Source: an uncultured virus (IMG/VR IMGVR_UViG_3300023208_000399)
Taxonomy: Duplodnaviria; Heunggongvirae; Uroviricota; Caudoviricetes
Strand: one strand, 5' to 3'
Length of the DNA stretch: 64,000 nt
IMG/VR virus record: IMGVR_UViG_3300023208_000399
Shown: one piece after another, positions 29,214-38,505 of the stretch
Position numbering within the stretch: position 1 is the first letter of the stretch
Layout of the letters: each line of letters begins with the position of its first letter
Position numbers and translations under genes: made by a program
The notes under the pieces: model-generated
What the model saw: the letters and a program-made list of their open reading frames with translations, nothing else
Database searches by the model: none
Told to the model about the DNA's origin: nothing

Positions 29214-29510
29214 TCAGGCCACCTCCTTCGCAGGAAGGGGGTTCGGATCTTCGATGGTGTTCTTGGTCGCCAGCCAGGCCGTCAGGTCGCGGCGCTGGAC
29301 CTTGCGGAAGTGCTCCGCCGGAAGCCCGCACAGCGGGTCCACAGGCCAGTTGTCCAGCTCAATCCAGAAGCCGCCGCACACTGTTTCTCCAACAGCGGTA
29401 ACGATGCCGACGTGCCCGATCTCTGGATCAGGCGTTCTCGACAAGGGGTGCGGCCCAGCCGGGCCCATCCTGTAGCGCACCACCTCATCGCCCGGTTTCA
29501 AGTCGCACAT
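29214..29510 (-). CDS. Hypothetical protein
   Basis: Coupled to cro. Confidence 0.55.
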   Translation of the reverse strand: MCDLKPGDEVVRYRMGPAGPHPLSRTPDPEIGHVGIVTAVGETVCGGFWIELDNWPVDPLCGLPAEHFRKVQRRDLTAWLATKNTIEDPNPLPAKEVA

Positions 29511-29761
29511 CAGGCGGCCTCCCCTTGGGGGGCGGTGTTGGCGGCGCGACGGGCGACCACCGTCTCGGGTGCGGCAATGCGGCGATCGAGAGCATGAGCG
29601 ACCTCGCGCAAAGTGCTGAGGCGCGGCTCAACTCCGCCTTTACGCCACCTCCACCATGTGGACTGCGCTACGCCGACTTCCGCCAGGATAGACGCCATGG
29701 TCAGGCCCGCACCCTTCGCGCGCTGCTCAACTTCGATCACTTCGGGGGCGACGTTCTGCAT
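29510..29761 (-). CDS. cro: Cro-like repressor
   Basis: 83-aa HTH (GVAQSTWWRWRKG..EP) divergent from cI. Confidence 0.85.
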   Translation of the reverse strand: MQNVAPEVIEVEQRAKGAGLTMASILAEVGVAQSTWWRWRKGGVEPRLSTLREVAHALDRRIAAPETVVARRAANTAPQGEAA

Positions 29762-29768
29762 GACCTGC

Positions 29769-29845
29769 AGAATGTGCAGGAATGCACGCTAAGTCAATGC
29801 CGAAATGCACAGTGTCTTGACGTTGCACATGTGCACAATCGCGCA
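29769..29845. promoter_or_regulatory. OR-like region with three operators and the PR promoter
   Basis: GTGCAGGAATGCAC (29774), ATGCCGAAATGCAC (29797), TTGCACATGTGCAC (29823); minus-strand TTGACT-N17-CATTCT. Confidence 0.75.
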
Positions 29846-30529
29846 ATGGCAAACACCACCGAAGACGCTAGGGCTTTCCTCACCAAGGCGCTTGAGGCAT
29901 CCGGCCTAAAGCCCTTTGCGCTTGCCAAGAAGGCAGGAATCGCACCGACGACAATTACGCGGCCTCTAAACGACCCTGAGTTCAAATTTACACCGAAACC
30001 CGCAACCCTACGAAAGATCGCCGAGGCGGCCGGCTTGGAGCTGCCTGCAGGGCTGCTGGTAGCGCCGGCGGCGCCTGCCGCGGTGGATGAGCTGCCTCTT
30101 ATTGGCCCGATACAGGCGGGCAAGTGGGCCGAGATCGACGAGACCATTCAGGACGAGCCGCTGTTCTTCTCGGTTGTGGCTGATCGGCGCTACCCGCATG
30201 CCAGGCAGTGGCTTCGCGAGATCCGAGGCGATAGCATGAATGCGCGTGGAATTATGCCAGGCCAGCTCGCCCACATCGTCGATATCGCGGAAGCGGGCGT
30301 GAACCTAAACACTGGCATGATCGTTGAGGTCACGCGCTGCAGAGACGGCGGGGCGCTTCGCGAGATCACGCTGAAAGAGGTCGAGATCAGCGCAGACGGA
30401 ATGAAGCTTTGGCCGCGATCGACAAACCCACGATGGTCGGAGCCGATCAGCTTGGACGACGGGACGACCGGGGATATCGAGGTCCAAATCACGGGCTTGC
30501 TGCTGCAGGCGGTGCAGAGGTTCCTCTGA
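29846..30529 (+). CDS. cI: CI-like repressor (HTH + S24 peptidase)
   Basis: N-terminal HTH, IQAG cleavage site, GDSM, TLKE. Confidence 0.9.
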   Translation: MANTTEDARAFLTKALEASGLKPFALAKKAGIAPTTITRPLNDPEFKFTPKPATLRKIAEAAGLELPAGLLVAPAAPAAVDELPLIGPIQAGKWAEIDETIQDEPLFFSVVADRRYPHARQWLREIRGDSMNARGIMPGQLAHIVDIAEAGVNLNTGMIVEVTRCRDGGALREITLKEVEISADGMKLWPRSTNPRWSEPISLDDGTTGDIEVQITGLLLQAVQRFL

Positions 30530-30563
30530 AAAGACAGAGGGCGGCACGCGCGGCGCCGCCCTC
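30530..30563 (-). terminator. Terminator between the convergent cI and lipoprotein genes
   Basis: GAGGGCGGC/GCCGCCCTC stem; minus-strand TGTCTTTT. Confidence 0.6.
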
Positions 30564-30569
30564 GTTAGC

Positions 30570-30965
30570 TTAGTGCTGACCGGCGCCGACCACTTGGCCG
30601 ATCCACTGGCCCGCGCGATCCCAAAGGTTCGCCGTGGCTACAGGGCAGCTCTTCGCGCGCTGCGCCTCCTCGATTCCGGCAATCCGAGAGCGGATGGCGC
30701 GGTCGGCGTCAGACTTCGCCATGGCGTTGCCGATCCCATAGTCGCCTAGGAAACCTGCGACTGAGCGCCAGTCGAAATCGGCAGTTTCCGCGATCTGAGT
30801 CTGGATTTGCTTTGCGCGGACCATTTCCAGACGCAGCATGTCGCAGTTCATGGCATCCGCTTCAGCGGGCGACCACTGTGTTGCGATTGGGTAGCGCTTC
30901 GTCGCGCAGGCCGACACGGTGAACGCCACGGCGCACAGAGCCGCGACGGTTGCAATCTTCTTCAT
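30570..30965 (-). CDS. Lipoprotein in the immunity region
   Basis: MKK signal peptide, lipobox VSAC; GGAGG RBS. Confidence 0.75.
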   Translation of the reverse strand: MKKIATVAALCAVAFTVSACATKRYPIATQWSPAEADAMNCDMLRLEMVRAKQIQTQIAETADFDWRSVAGFLGDYGIGNAMAKSDADRAIRSRIAGIEEAQRAKSCPVATANLWDRAGQWIGQVVGAGQH

Positions 30966-31164
30966 TGATTTCCCTCCCAGGAATAAAACCACAACCCCCG
31001 TTGCGGCTTCTCTCCGCTCTAGCACAGCGTCAGCGCGAGTAAAGTTCTCCTGAAATCAAAGGTGGCGGCTCGGCTCCAGAAGGATTCAAGCGGGGAGCAC
31101 CGAGCCGCCTTGTTCCATTGGGGGAACGCGCTCAGAGGTAGCATAACCAGCAACCACATAAACT

Positions 31165-31206
31165 GTGCATTTATGCATTGACATGCAATGTGCAGGAATG
31201 CACAGT
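31165..31206 (+). promoter_or_regulatory. PL/OL with two operators
   Basis: TTGACA-N17-CACAGT overlapped by GTGCATTTATGCAT and GTGCAGGAATGCAC (the latter identical to the OR site). Confidence 0.8.
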
Positions 31207-31229
31207 CTCCGCATTAACGGAGACGCACC

Positions 31230-31475
31230 ATGCAGACCCAAGCCGCCACCGGCGTCGTGATCCCCTTCCGCCGCCCGGCCCATGCCCAGGGCCTTGTCAA
31301 ACACACCGCCCGCCTGTCCTGGCTGGATCGGGAAGGGCGCCAGCATGTCGAGCGGTTCGCCGCCTGGACCCTGTCTGAGGCGACGCGCCAGGGCTGGGTC
31401 CGGGCCCGATCACTGCGGCTGTCGGGCGAAGCCTCCACCTATCGCATCCAGCACACCGAACAGGTCTACGTCTGA
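31230..31475 (+). CDS. Hypothetical protein, first gene of the PL operon
   Basis: GGAG RBS directly after PL. Confidence 0.65.
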   Translation: MQTQAATGVVIPFRRPAHAQGLVKHTARLSWLDREGRQHVERFAAWTLSEATRQGWVRARSLRLSGEASTYRIQHTEQVYV

Positions 31476-32041
31476 TGGGCCTGTTCACCGTCACCACCGT
31501 CGCGACGCCGAAACGGGATGTGGACCTGTTCGGCACTACCACCGTCCGCATTGACCGGCGCCGCAGCGACGAAATCGCGGGCGTTCCCGTCCTCTACCTG
31601 TCCGCCTATGTCGCCGACGATCCCGACTTCGTTCAGAAGGTCGGCGCGGCTCTGGCTTGGGTCACAGACGGTTCCTTTTCTGCAGCCAGGGCCGGGGACG
31701 CGCCGAATAAGCCGTCCCCGGAAGCTGCCGTCGCCGCCGCCGTGCCCGCCGTCGACGAGACGCCGGAGCCCAGCCTCTATTTCATGCCCGACTTTGTCGA
31801 GGACGTGGACTATGGCGATCCGCTGTTCCTGCCTGACGACTTTCAGCAGGCGGACTGGAAGGCCTGGGCCGCCGCCATGCTTCGCCGGATCCAGCTGGCG
31901 AACACCGCGCGACAACTGGCCGAACTGACCACCGCCAACGCCGTCGGCATGAAGTGGTGTCCCTGGAAGCCCCGCGCCGAGATCGGCCGGGCCCTGACCG
32001 ACGCCTATCTCATCACGGCTGATCAGGCGGCTGCCGCATGA
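31475..32041 (+). CDS. Hypothetical protein
   Basis: Coupled ORF. Confidence 0.65.
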   Translation: MGLFTVTTVATPKRDVDLFGTTTVRIDRRRSDEIAGVPVLYLSAYVADDPDFVQKVGAALAWVTDGSFSAARAGDAPNKPSPEAAVAAAVPAVDETPEPSLYFMPDFVEDVDYGDPLFLPDDFQQADWKAWAAAMLRRIQLANTARQLAELTTANAVGMKWCPWKPRAEIGRALTDAYLITADQAAAA

Positions 32042-32469
32042 CCGGCGCTCTTCCTGCATTCTCCGATTTCGAGGCCGCTGAGAGACCGGCCTCGGAACAG
32101 CCCGCGTCCGATGGTTTCCCCCAGCCGCATACGGACGCGGGCGAGCCTTTCCAACGCCGCGACCTGACGCCCGAACAGGCCCAGGTTCTGGCGTCTCTGA
32201 ACCATAACCGATCGCTCCAGCGGATGGCCTTCGCCGGTCAGCCGTTCCGCGTCACCTTCGACAACCCCGAGCCCGGCAAGGACCGACCGGACTTCCCCGA
32301 GCATCTGATCCTCGAAATGATCGAGGCCGGCCTCCTCTACGCCACCAACGCCGCCGCCGCCTGGCCGGCCCGGAACGTCCCCGTCCGGCCTTGGTGCGTC
32401 CGCCTGACCAAGGACGGAGACGGCGAACGCCGGCGCCTGGGCAAGACCACCGTCACGAGGGCCGCCTGA
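32038..32469 (+). CDS. Hypothetical protein
   Basis: ATGA-coupled ORF. Confidence 0.65.
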   Translation: MTGALPAFSDFEAAERPASEQPASDGFPQPHTDAGEPFQRRDLTPEQAQVLASLNHNRSLQRMAFAGQPFRVTFDNPEPGKDRPDFPEHLILEMIEAGLLYATNAAAAWPARNVPVRPWCVRLTKDGDGERRRLGKTTVTRAA

Positions 32470-32900
32470 TGGTCACCGCCCAGGAACGCGCCATCCTCCG
32501 CAAGGCCGCAGAGATCAAACGGGCGAAGAACCGGGAGCGGCGGATGAAGATCGCCGCCGCGCGCAAGCCGGGCGGCAAGGCCAGCCGGGGCAGGGAGCGC
32601 GACACCGGTTATCTGGCCTTCCTCCGTCGTCTTCCCTGTGTCTGCGGTTGCGGACGGCCGGGGCCCAGCGACGCGGCGCACATCCGCATGGCCAGCTCGG
32701 AGCGCGGCAAGCGGTCAACCGGGATGCAGGTCAAGCCGTCCGATCGGTTCGCCGTCCCGCTGAACCGCCTCTGTCACGAACGCCAGCACGGCATGGCCGA
32801 ACACCGCTTCTGGTCCGAGCTCGGCCTCGACCCCTTCGAGATCGCCGACCGGCTCTACGCCGAATACCGCACCCCTCAATCAGAAGGCTCTGAGAAATGA
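32469..32900 (+). CDS. DUF968-like / HNH-like nuclease
   Basis: YLAFLRRLPC, AAHIR, KPSD.FAVPL...H..QH. Confidence 0.75.
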   Translation: MVTAQERAILRKAAEIKRAKNRERRMKIAAARKPGGKASRGRERDTGYLAFLRRLPCVCGCGRPGPSDAAHIRMASSERGKRSTGMQVKPSDRFAVPLNRLCHERQHGMAEHRFWSELGLDPFEIADRLYAEYRTPQSEGSEK

Positions 32901-33838
32901 CCGAAGTCACCATTCCGTTTGAAGTCAAAAACCGCTGGAGCGGTGAGATTCAGTTTACCGCGCAGATCACTTGCGCACCGGATGCGACCCCCGCCGTGAG
33001 GCTCGGGCTTGCCGTCCGATGGGCAGTGAAGGTCGGAGCCAATCTCGCCGACGCCAATCTCACCGACGCCAATCTCGCCGGAGCCAATCTCGCCAGGGCC
33101 TATCTCGCCGACGCCAATCTCGCCGGAGCCAATCTCGCCGGAGCCAATCTCACCAGGGCCAATCTCACCGACGCCAATCTCGCCGGAGCCAATCTCACCG
33201 ACGCCAATCTCACCGGAGCCAATCTCGCCAGGGCCTATCTCGCCGACGCCAATCTCACCGACGCCAATCTCACCGGAGCCAATCTCGCCAGGGCCTATCT
33301 CGCCGACGCCAATCTCACCGACGCCAATCTCACCGACGCCAATCTCACCAGGGCCAATCTCGCCAGGGCCTATCTCGCCGACGCCAATCTCGCCGGAGCC
33401 AATCTCGCCGGAGCCAATCTCGCCAGGGCCTATCTCGCCGGAGCCAATCTCACCGACGCCAATCTCGCCAGGGCCTATCTCGCCGACGCCAATCTCGCCG
33501 GAGCCAATCTCGCCGGAGCCAATCCCACCGACGCCAATCTCGCCGGAGCCAATCTCACCAGGGCCTATCTCTTAGGCATGGGCGACATGCGCCACCTGAA
33601 GACGCTCCAACTTGAGCGCTGGATGATCGGATATACGGCAGACACCCTGCAAATCGGCTGTCAGCGCCACCCGATTGAGGATTGGTGGTCGTTCAGCGAC
33701 GAGCGGATCGCGCAAATGGATAGCGCGGCGCTGGAATGGTGGGGCCGGTGGAAGCCTGTGCTTCAGCAGATCATCGCGGCAAGCCCTGCGGAGCCGACCG
33801 GTTGGGTTGATCCTGCCAAGTCGGAGCCCGCCCAATGA
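32897..33838 (+). CDS. Pentapeptide repeat protein
   Basis: ~35 A(N/Y)Lxx repeats. Confidence 0.9.
   Translation: MTEVTIPFEVKNRWSGEIQFTAQITCAPDATPAVRLGLAVRWAVKVGANLADANLTDANLAGANLARAYLADANLAGANLAGANLTRANLTDANLAGANLTDANLTGANLARAYLADANLTDANLTGANLARAYLADANLTDANLTDANLTRANLARAYLADANLAGANLAGANLARAYLAGANLTDANLARAYLADANLAGANLAGANPTDANLAGANLTRAYLLGMGDMRHLKTLQLERWMIGYTADTLQIGCQRHPIEDWWSFSDERIAQMDSAALEWWGRWKPVLQQIIAASPAEPTGWVDPAKSEPAQ
33038..33570 (+). repeat. 15-bp coding tandem repeat (GCCAATCTC-RCC-NNN type)
   Basis: Direct inspection. Confidence 0.9.
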
Positions 33839-34263
33839 CCGACCTAATCGCAAGACTTGAAGCGGCTGAGGCGGGGAGCAGGGAGTTTGATCGTGAGATT
33901 ATGGCCCTGCACTACACCTGGGAACGCCGCCACATCGGTGCGACGTGCTGGGATGACGATGGCGGTACCTGCTGCCCTGGCGCGCAGCACCTCGATGGGG
34001 TGTGGGTGGACCCGGCCGATGACCGCTGGAAGACCACTGCAAAAGATGGCTTCGAGTTCACCACCTCCATCGACGCCGCCCTGGCGCTGGCTTCTCGGGT
34101 GCTGCCGGGGTGGGAGGGGGAAATAGACTTTGGGCGCCGTGGCTTTGCCTGCCTTCACCCCGAGCAGCCGTACCCGGCGCATCTCGAATACAACGCCGAA
34201 GCCTCCACCCCCGCCCTAGCTCTATGCGCTGCAATCCTACGCGCGAAAGGCTCTGAGAAATGA
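33835..34263 (+). CDS. Phage ABA-sandwich-like protein, copy 1
   Basis: FTTSIDAA...TPALALCAAIL. Confidence 0.7.
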   Translation: MTDLIARLEAAEAGSREFDREIMALHYTWERRHIGATCWDDDGGTCCPGAQHLDGVWVDPADDRWKTTAKDGFEFTTSIDAALALASRVLPGWEGEIDFGRRGFACLHPEQPYPAHLEYNAEASTPALALCAAILRAKGSEK

Positions 34264-34538
34264 CCGAGAGCAATAGACCAGTGTCCATTCACAGCGGTAA
34301 CAGCACTAGGTTTGGGAACACGCCGCTGGCGTTTGAGATGACGCGGTTTCACACGGACGGCATGGAAAAGCGGTCCCTTTGGCGCTTTGCCGTGTCCCGG
34401 TACATCGGGCATCGCCTGATCGAGATCGACGCAGATGTCGAAGTTCTTGAGGAGATGCGCCGGTACATCGAAAGAGCAATCCGCACAGTCAAGACGGACG
34501 GTAACCGCGCCTCAAACACGACGGACACCGCCCAATGA
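34260..34538 (+). CDS. Hypothetical protein (92 aa) between linker repeats
   Basis: ATGA-coupled at both ends. Confidence 0.6.
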   Translation: MTESNRPVSIHSGNSTRFGNTPLAFEMTRFHTDGMEKRSLWRFAVSRYIGHRLIEIDADVEVLEEMRRYIERAIRTVKTDGNRASNTTDTAQ

Positions 34539-34900
34539 CCGACCTAATCGCAAGACTTGAAGCGGCTGAGGCGGGGGCGCGGGAACTAGATTGGCTCATT
34601 GCCGACGCGACCGACCACCCGTCATTTGCCCGGAAGATCGATGGCTTCTGGCCTCCGTTTGGTGAGCGGTCGCGCGCGGACAAGGATGTCCCAGCCTATT
34701 CGACATCCCTAGACGCCGCCCTGGCGCTGGCTTCTCGGGTGTTTCCGGGTTTTGGCTTGGGGATGGTTCAAGGCAGCGGCGAGCGCGCCAAGGCAAATGT
34801 GACACCTGCCAACGCCGATCATGGATTCACCGCGACCGCCTCCACCCCCGCCCTAGCTCTATGCGCTGCAATCCTACGCGCGAAAGGCTCTGACCAATGA
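34535..34900 (+). CDS. Phage ABA-sandwich-like protein, copy 2
   Basis: YSTSLDAA...TPALALCAAIL; three DNA blocks identical to copy 1. Confidence 0.7.
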   Translation: MTDLIARLEAAEAGARELDWLIADATDHPSFARKIDGFWPPFGERSRADKDVPAYSTSLDAALALASRVFPGFGLGMVQGSGERAKANVTPANADHGFTATASTPALALCAAILRAKGSDQ

Positions 34901-35268
34901 GCGGGGGACATACGCCGGGGCCTTGGTTCATCGACATGATCCCCAATAGCAAAACGTTCGGGGCCAGTGCTGGTCGAGCGTACGGGGTCAGCGCGCCGAA
35001 CCGCAGCGGATACCGGGTTCCCGTTGTCGTCTGGCGAGGGCTTGCAAAGCCAGCATCGGAAGAGGGTCAGGCCAACGCCCGCCTTATCGCGGCGGCTCCT
35101 GATTTGCTGGAGGCGCTGATTGAGGCGCGCCAGACGATACTTGACCTGAAAAACGCGCGCTGGAGCGAGTGTGAAGGGTCTGACGCTGATTGGGTCGGAG
35201 ATATCGACGCCGCCCTCGCCAAGGCCCGTCAATCCACCCCCGCAGACTGTGATGGAGAGGGAGGATGA
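34897..35268 (+). CDS. Phage protein of the HTPGPW...[10 protein letters not shown] family, copy 1
   Basis: Motifs. Confidence 0.7.
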   Translation: MSGGHTPGPWFIDMIPNSKTFGASAGRAYGVSAPNRSGYRVPVVVWRGLAKPASEEGQANARLIAAAPDLLEALIEARQTILDLKNARWSECEGSDADWVGDIDAALAKARQSTPADCDGEGG

Positions 35269-35441
35269 CCCCCGAACAATGGGAAACCATCCGCAAGAAC
35301 TATGACGCGATAAAGGCCAGAGAGGCCGAGCTGATGGATCTACTCAACCGCGCCCGGCTGTTCGTGACCAGTTCCGAGCTGGACGCTGAAATCCGCGTCG
35401 CCCTGGGCTTGGCGCCGAAATCCGAAAGGACAGCCGCATGA
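35265..35441 (+). CDS. Hypothetical protein (58 aa)
   Basis: Manually translated MTPEQWETIRK...; ATGA-coupled. Confidence 0.55.
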   Translation: MTPEQWETIRKNYDAIKAREAELMDLLNRARLFVTSSELDAEIRVALGLAPKSERTAA

Positions 35442-35442
35442 C

Positions 35443-35616
35443 TCAGTCCTTGGGCTTCTCGCGTCGCTGGAGTTCGGCCTCGACGGCTTCGCGGATGAAC
35501 TTGGAACGCGCGTGTTTCTTGCCGCCGACCTCCGCATCAACGCGCGCAAGCAGTTCCGGCGTCATCTGCACATTCACAGGCACGGCCCCATTCGGCCCAA
35601 GCGGCGGTCTTCCCAT
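35443..35616 (-). CDS. Ribbon-helix-helix (CopG/Arc-like) regulator
   Basis: MGRPPLG...VNVQM..ELLARVD...RSKFIREAV. Confidence 0.75.
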   Translation of the reverse strand: MGRPPLGPNGAVPVNVQMTPELLARVDAEVGGKKHARSKFIREAVEAELQRREKPKD

Positions 35617-35675
35617 GGCGCGGCCTGTAGCGGGGGCGTCGGTCGAGGGCAAGGACAAAACAGCACCGTTATCTG

Positions 35676-35718
35676 TTGACGGGGTAAATCGTGCGGTTTA
35701 TATAAATCACACTGTTTA
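35676..35718 (+). promoter_or_regulatory. Sigma70-type promoter with two tandem palindromic operators
   Basis: TTGACG-N17-TATATA; TAAATCgtgcgGTTTA and TAAATCacactGTTTA. Confidence 0.7.
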
Positions 35719-35731
35719 CGAGGACAAGCCC

Positions 35732-36112
35732 ATGACCCTCCAACTCGACACGACCGGGTACGTTCAGTGTCCGGCCCCCGACCAAAAGCCAAACGAAAGC
35801 ACCGGTTGCTGGTTTTGGTCCGACCTCTCGCCCTTCATGCAAGGCTATATCGAGGCGCTGTTTGCAGATGACGCGACGCAAGATGCGATTATGGACGAGC
35901 ATGGCCGCGTTCGTCATGGCTTCTCCGATCTCGCCCAGGAAACCCTGAAGCGGATCGTCGCGGATTGTGAGAGCGCGGCTAAGTCTTTCGGCAAGGGCGC
36001 GACCTCGGCGGACGGCCGCAGGTTCTATCACCTTCGGCAATCGGGCGTGAACGATCTGTGGCCGCCCCAAACCCTCCAGCTATGCGACGACGGCAAGGTG
36101 AGGTTCGCATGA
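35732..36112 (+). CDS. Hypothetical acidic phage protein
   Basis: GAGG RBS downstream of the promoter. Confidence 0.7.
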   Translation: MTLQLDTTGYVQCPAPDQKPNESTGCWFWSDLSPFMQGYIEALFADDATQDAIMDEHGRVRHGFSDLAQETLKRIVADCESAAKSFGKGATSADGRRFYHLRQSGVNDLWPPQTLQLCDDGKVRFA

Positions 36113-37185
36113 CCACCCAAGACAAGCCCGCAGTGGGTCCGCTGAGTGCGGGGGATTTAGTACAGCACGTCGTTGCGAAAAACATGTTCCGCGTCATTCG
36201 ACGGATTGACGGTGAGTGGCCTGACGTTTGGCTCAATATGGTGGGCGAGCCGCATCAGGCTCACATGGCGGACAGATGGGTTTTTGTTGCCCGCCCTGAT
36301 CCTGACGGCTGGATTCCGTGGTCGGGCGGCAAGAACCCGGTGCCGGGGCAGAGGGTGGAGGTCAAAATCCGCTGGCGCAACGGACGGCCGTCCGAGGGCG
36401 CGGTCGCTTCAGACCACATGCGCTGGTCTCATGGCACACGCGGATCGGGCGGTGGCGACATCATCGCCTTCCGCCTCGCCCCCACCGCTCCGGACGTGTC
36501 AACGAAACCGCTGGAAACGGACACGTCTGCCGGACGTGTAAAGGAAACGGCGAAAACCGAACACGTCACCGCTCCGGTAGAAGCGGGCGGGTCGGAGCGG
36601 GATGAGGCCGCCAAGCCCGATCCACCCAACAGAAGGACCGCTCTAATGGCGCAAGATGAGAAGATGCTGGCGGCTGATGTGCTGGACCGCCTCAACGAAA
36701 TGATGTGCGACTGCAAGGCTGACGGGCAGATGCTGCTCTCTGAAAGCGTCGCCAACGAACACGGAGAAGACTTGCAGGCTCTCCTAAACGCCTACCAAGC
36801 CCTCTCCGCAGCCCCTGCCCAACCCGCTGCTGTGGAAGGGGCGGGGGAGCCGGTGGCGTGGGCTATCTTCTGGCGGCACGGCGTGACGACGCACCCGACG
36901 CGCGAAGCCGCTTTGGCCGCCCCCGGTCGCACGGTTCAAGAGCCGGTCGCCCTCTACGCCCGCCCATCCCCGACCCCCGCCGCCGATGCCGATGCCGACG
37001 AAATGGCTAAGGCGGTCGAGCGCCTGAAAGCTGATGCCGACTATTTCGATCATCCTGAAGATGGCGCGGAGACCCATCGCCGCGCCCTTTGCTGGGTTGC
37101 GCGCGACATCCGAACCGTTCTGGGTCTCGCCGCCCTGAAATCGACCGCCGCTCCAAAAGACGGGGAGGCCGCCGACCATGGCTGA
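36109..37185 (+). CDS. Mosaic hypothetical protein
   Basis: ATGA-coupled; contains blocks repeated in the 40211-40843 genes. Confidence 0.65.
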   Translation: MTTQDKPAVGPLSAGDLVQHVVAKNMFRVIRRIDGEWPDVWLNMVGEPHQAHMADRWVFVARPDPDGWIPWSGGKNPVPGQRVEVKIRWRNGRPSEGAVASDHMRWSHGTRGSGGGDIIAFRLAPTAPDVSTKPLETDTSAGRVKETAKTEHVTAPVEAGGSERDEAAKPDPPNRRTALMAQDEKMLAADVLDRLNEMMCDCKADGQMLLSESVANEHGEDLQALLNAYQALSAAPAQPAAVEGAGEPVAWAIFWRHGVTTHPTREAALAAPGRTVQEPVALYARPSPTPAADADADEMAKAVERLKADADYFDHPEDGAETHRRALCWVARDIRTVLGLAALKSTAAPKDGEAADHG

Positions 37186-38296
37186 CCACACTCCCATCGA
37201 ATGGACCGACGCCACCTGGAACATCGTCACGGGCTGCAGCCTCGTCTCGCCGGGCTGCACGAACTGCTATGCGATGAAGCTGGCGGGCACACGGCTGCGC
37301 GACCACCCGTCCCGACAGGGCCTGACGGCCGACAGCAAGGCCGGGCCGGTCTGGAACGGCCAGGTGCGGTTCAACGCCCAATGGCTGGACCAGCCGCTGC
37401 GCTGGACCAAGCCGCGCAAGATCTTCGTCTGCGCCCACGGCGACCTGTTCCATGACGGCGTCGAGATGCACTGGCTGGATCAGATCTTCGCCGTCATGGC
37501 CCTGTGCCCCCAGCACGTCTTCCAGATCCTGACCAAGCGGCCCGAGCGGATGCGGGCCTATCTGACCCAGGCCTGTGGCCGCATCGCCGACCGCATCATC
37601 GCCATGCGCCGCGCGCGCGGCGATCGGGACATGGTCCTGGTCCCGCTCGCCCATGTGCCCCCCGGCTCGCCCTGGTGGCCCCTCCCCAACGTGTGGCTGG
37701 GCGTCAGCGTCGAGGACCAGGCCCGCGCCGACGAACGGATTCCGGTCCTCTTGGACACGCCCGCCGCCGTCCGCTGGATCTCGGCCGAGCCTCTGCTGGG
37801 GCCGGTCGATCTGCAGAACCTGGCCTTCCCGAAAACTTGCGACTGCGACGGCCATGCGCCCACCTTCAAAGCCTTGACGGCGACCGTCTATTGCGACGGC
37901 TGCTGCGAAGGGCCCGAACCGATGAGGGTTGGCCGCCTGGACTGGGTCGTCGTCGGCGGCGAAAGCGGCCCCGGCGCCCGCCCCATGCACCCCGACTGGG
38001 CGCGAGCCCTGCGTGACCAGTGCGCGGGCGCAGAGGTCCCCTTCCTGTTCAAACAGTGGGGCGACTGGATTGATTGGAAGCAGTTCGGCGCGACGGCATG
38101 GCGAAACACGACGCCCCAACGCCCCTCATATGACGGGCGGCTCACCGGAACATTTCACGGCGGAGAACAGCATTTCACCGGTCCATTCGAGACCCGGCAC
38201 GTCGATAAATGGATCCTCGCCAAAACGGGCAAGAAGGCCGCCGGACGCCGCCTCGACGGCGTCCTGCACGACGCCTATCCGGAGGTGCGGGCATGA
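37178..38296 (+). CDS. Phage Gp37/Gp68 (DUF5131) family protein
   Basis: IEWTDATWN...GC..VSPGC.NCYA; LTKRPER; GGESG; FKQWG. Confidence 0.92.
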   Translation: MADHTPIEWTDATWNIVTGCSLVSPGCTNCYAMKLAGTRLRDHPSRQGLTADSKAGPVWNGQVRFNAQWLDQPLRWTKPRKIFVCAHGDLFHDGVEMHWLDQIFAVMALCPQHVFQILTKRPERMRAYLTQACGRIADRIIAMRRARGDRDMVLVPLAHVPPGSPWWPLPNVWLGVSVEDQARADERIPVLLDTPAAVRWISAEPLLGPVDLQNLAFPKTCDCDGHAPTFKALTATVYCDGCCEGPEPMRVGRLDWVVVGGESGPGARPMHPDWARALRDQCAGAEVPFLFKQWGDWIDWKQFGATAWRNTTPQRPSYDGRLTGTFHGGEQHFTGPFETRHVDKWILAKTGKKAAGRRLDGVLHDAYPEVRA

Positions 38297-38505
38297 GGAT
38301 CCAGGAAGCCCGGCGCGGCTACTTCCGGGGCACGCACAAGGGCTGCACGATCGAGATCGAGCGTGACCGGACGATGCCGGATAGCGCCTACTACATCACC
38401 GTGACTGCGGCGGACGGCGGGCATCTCTACGACGGCTGGGCGCCGCCGGAAGTCCGGACAATGCCCGAGGCGAAACGCGAAGCCCTGCGGGAGGCATGCC
38501 TGTGA
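38293..38505 (+). CDS. Hypothetical protein
   Basis: ATGA-coupled ORF. Confidence 0.55.
   Translation: MRIQEARRGYFRGTHKGCTIEIERDRTMPDSAYYITVTAADGGHLYDGWAPPEVRTMPEAKREALREACL

Noticed and set aside
33038..33570. Possible CRISPR array
   Set aside because: Contiguous 15-bp coding repeats with no unique spacers and no cas genes
32971..33615. 214-aa Arg/Ser/Gln-rich ORF
   Set aside because: Alternate-frame shadow of the pentapeptide repeat
33828..34893. Diversity-generating retroelement TR/VR pair
   Set aside because: No reverse transcriptase in the window; differences are block replacements, not adenine-specific substitutions
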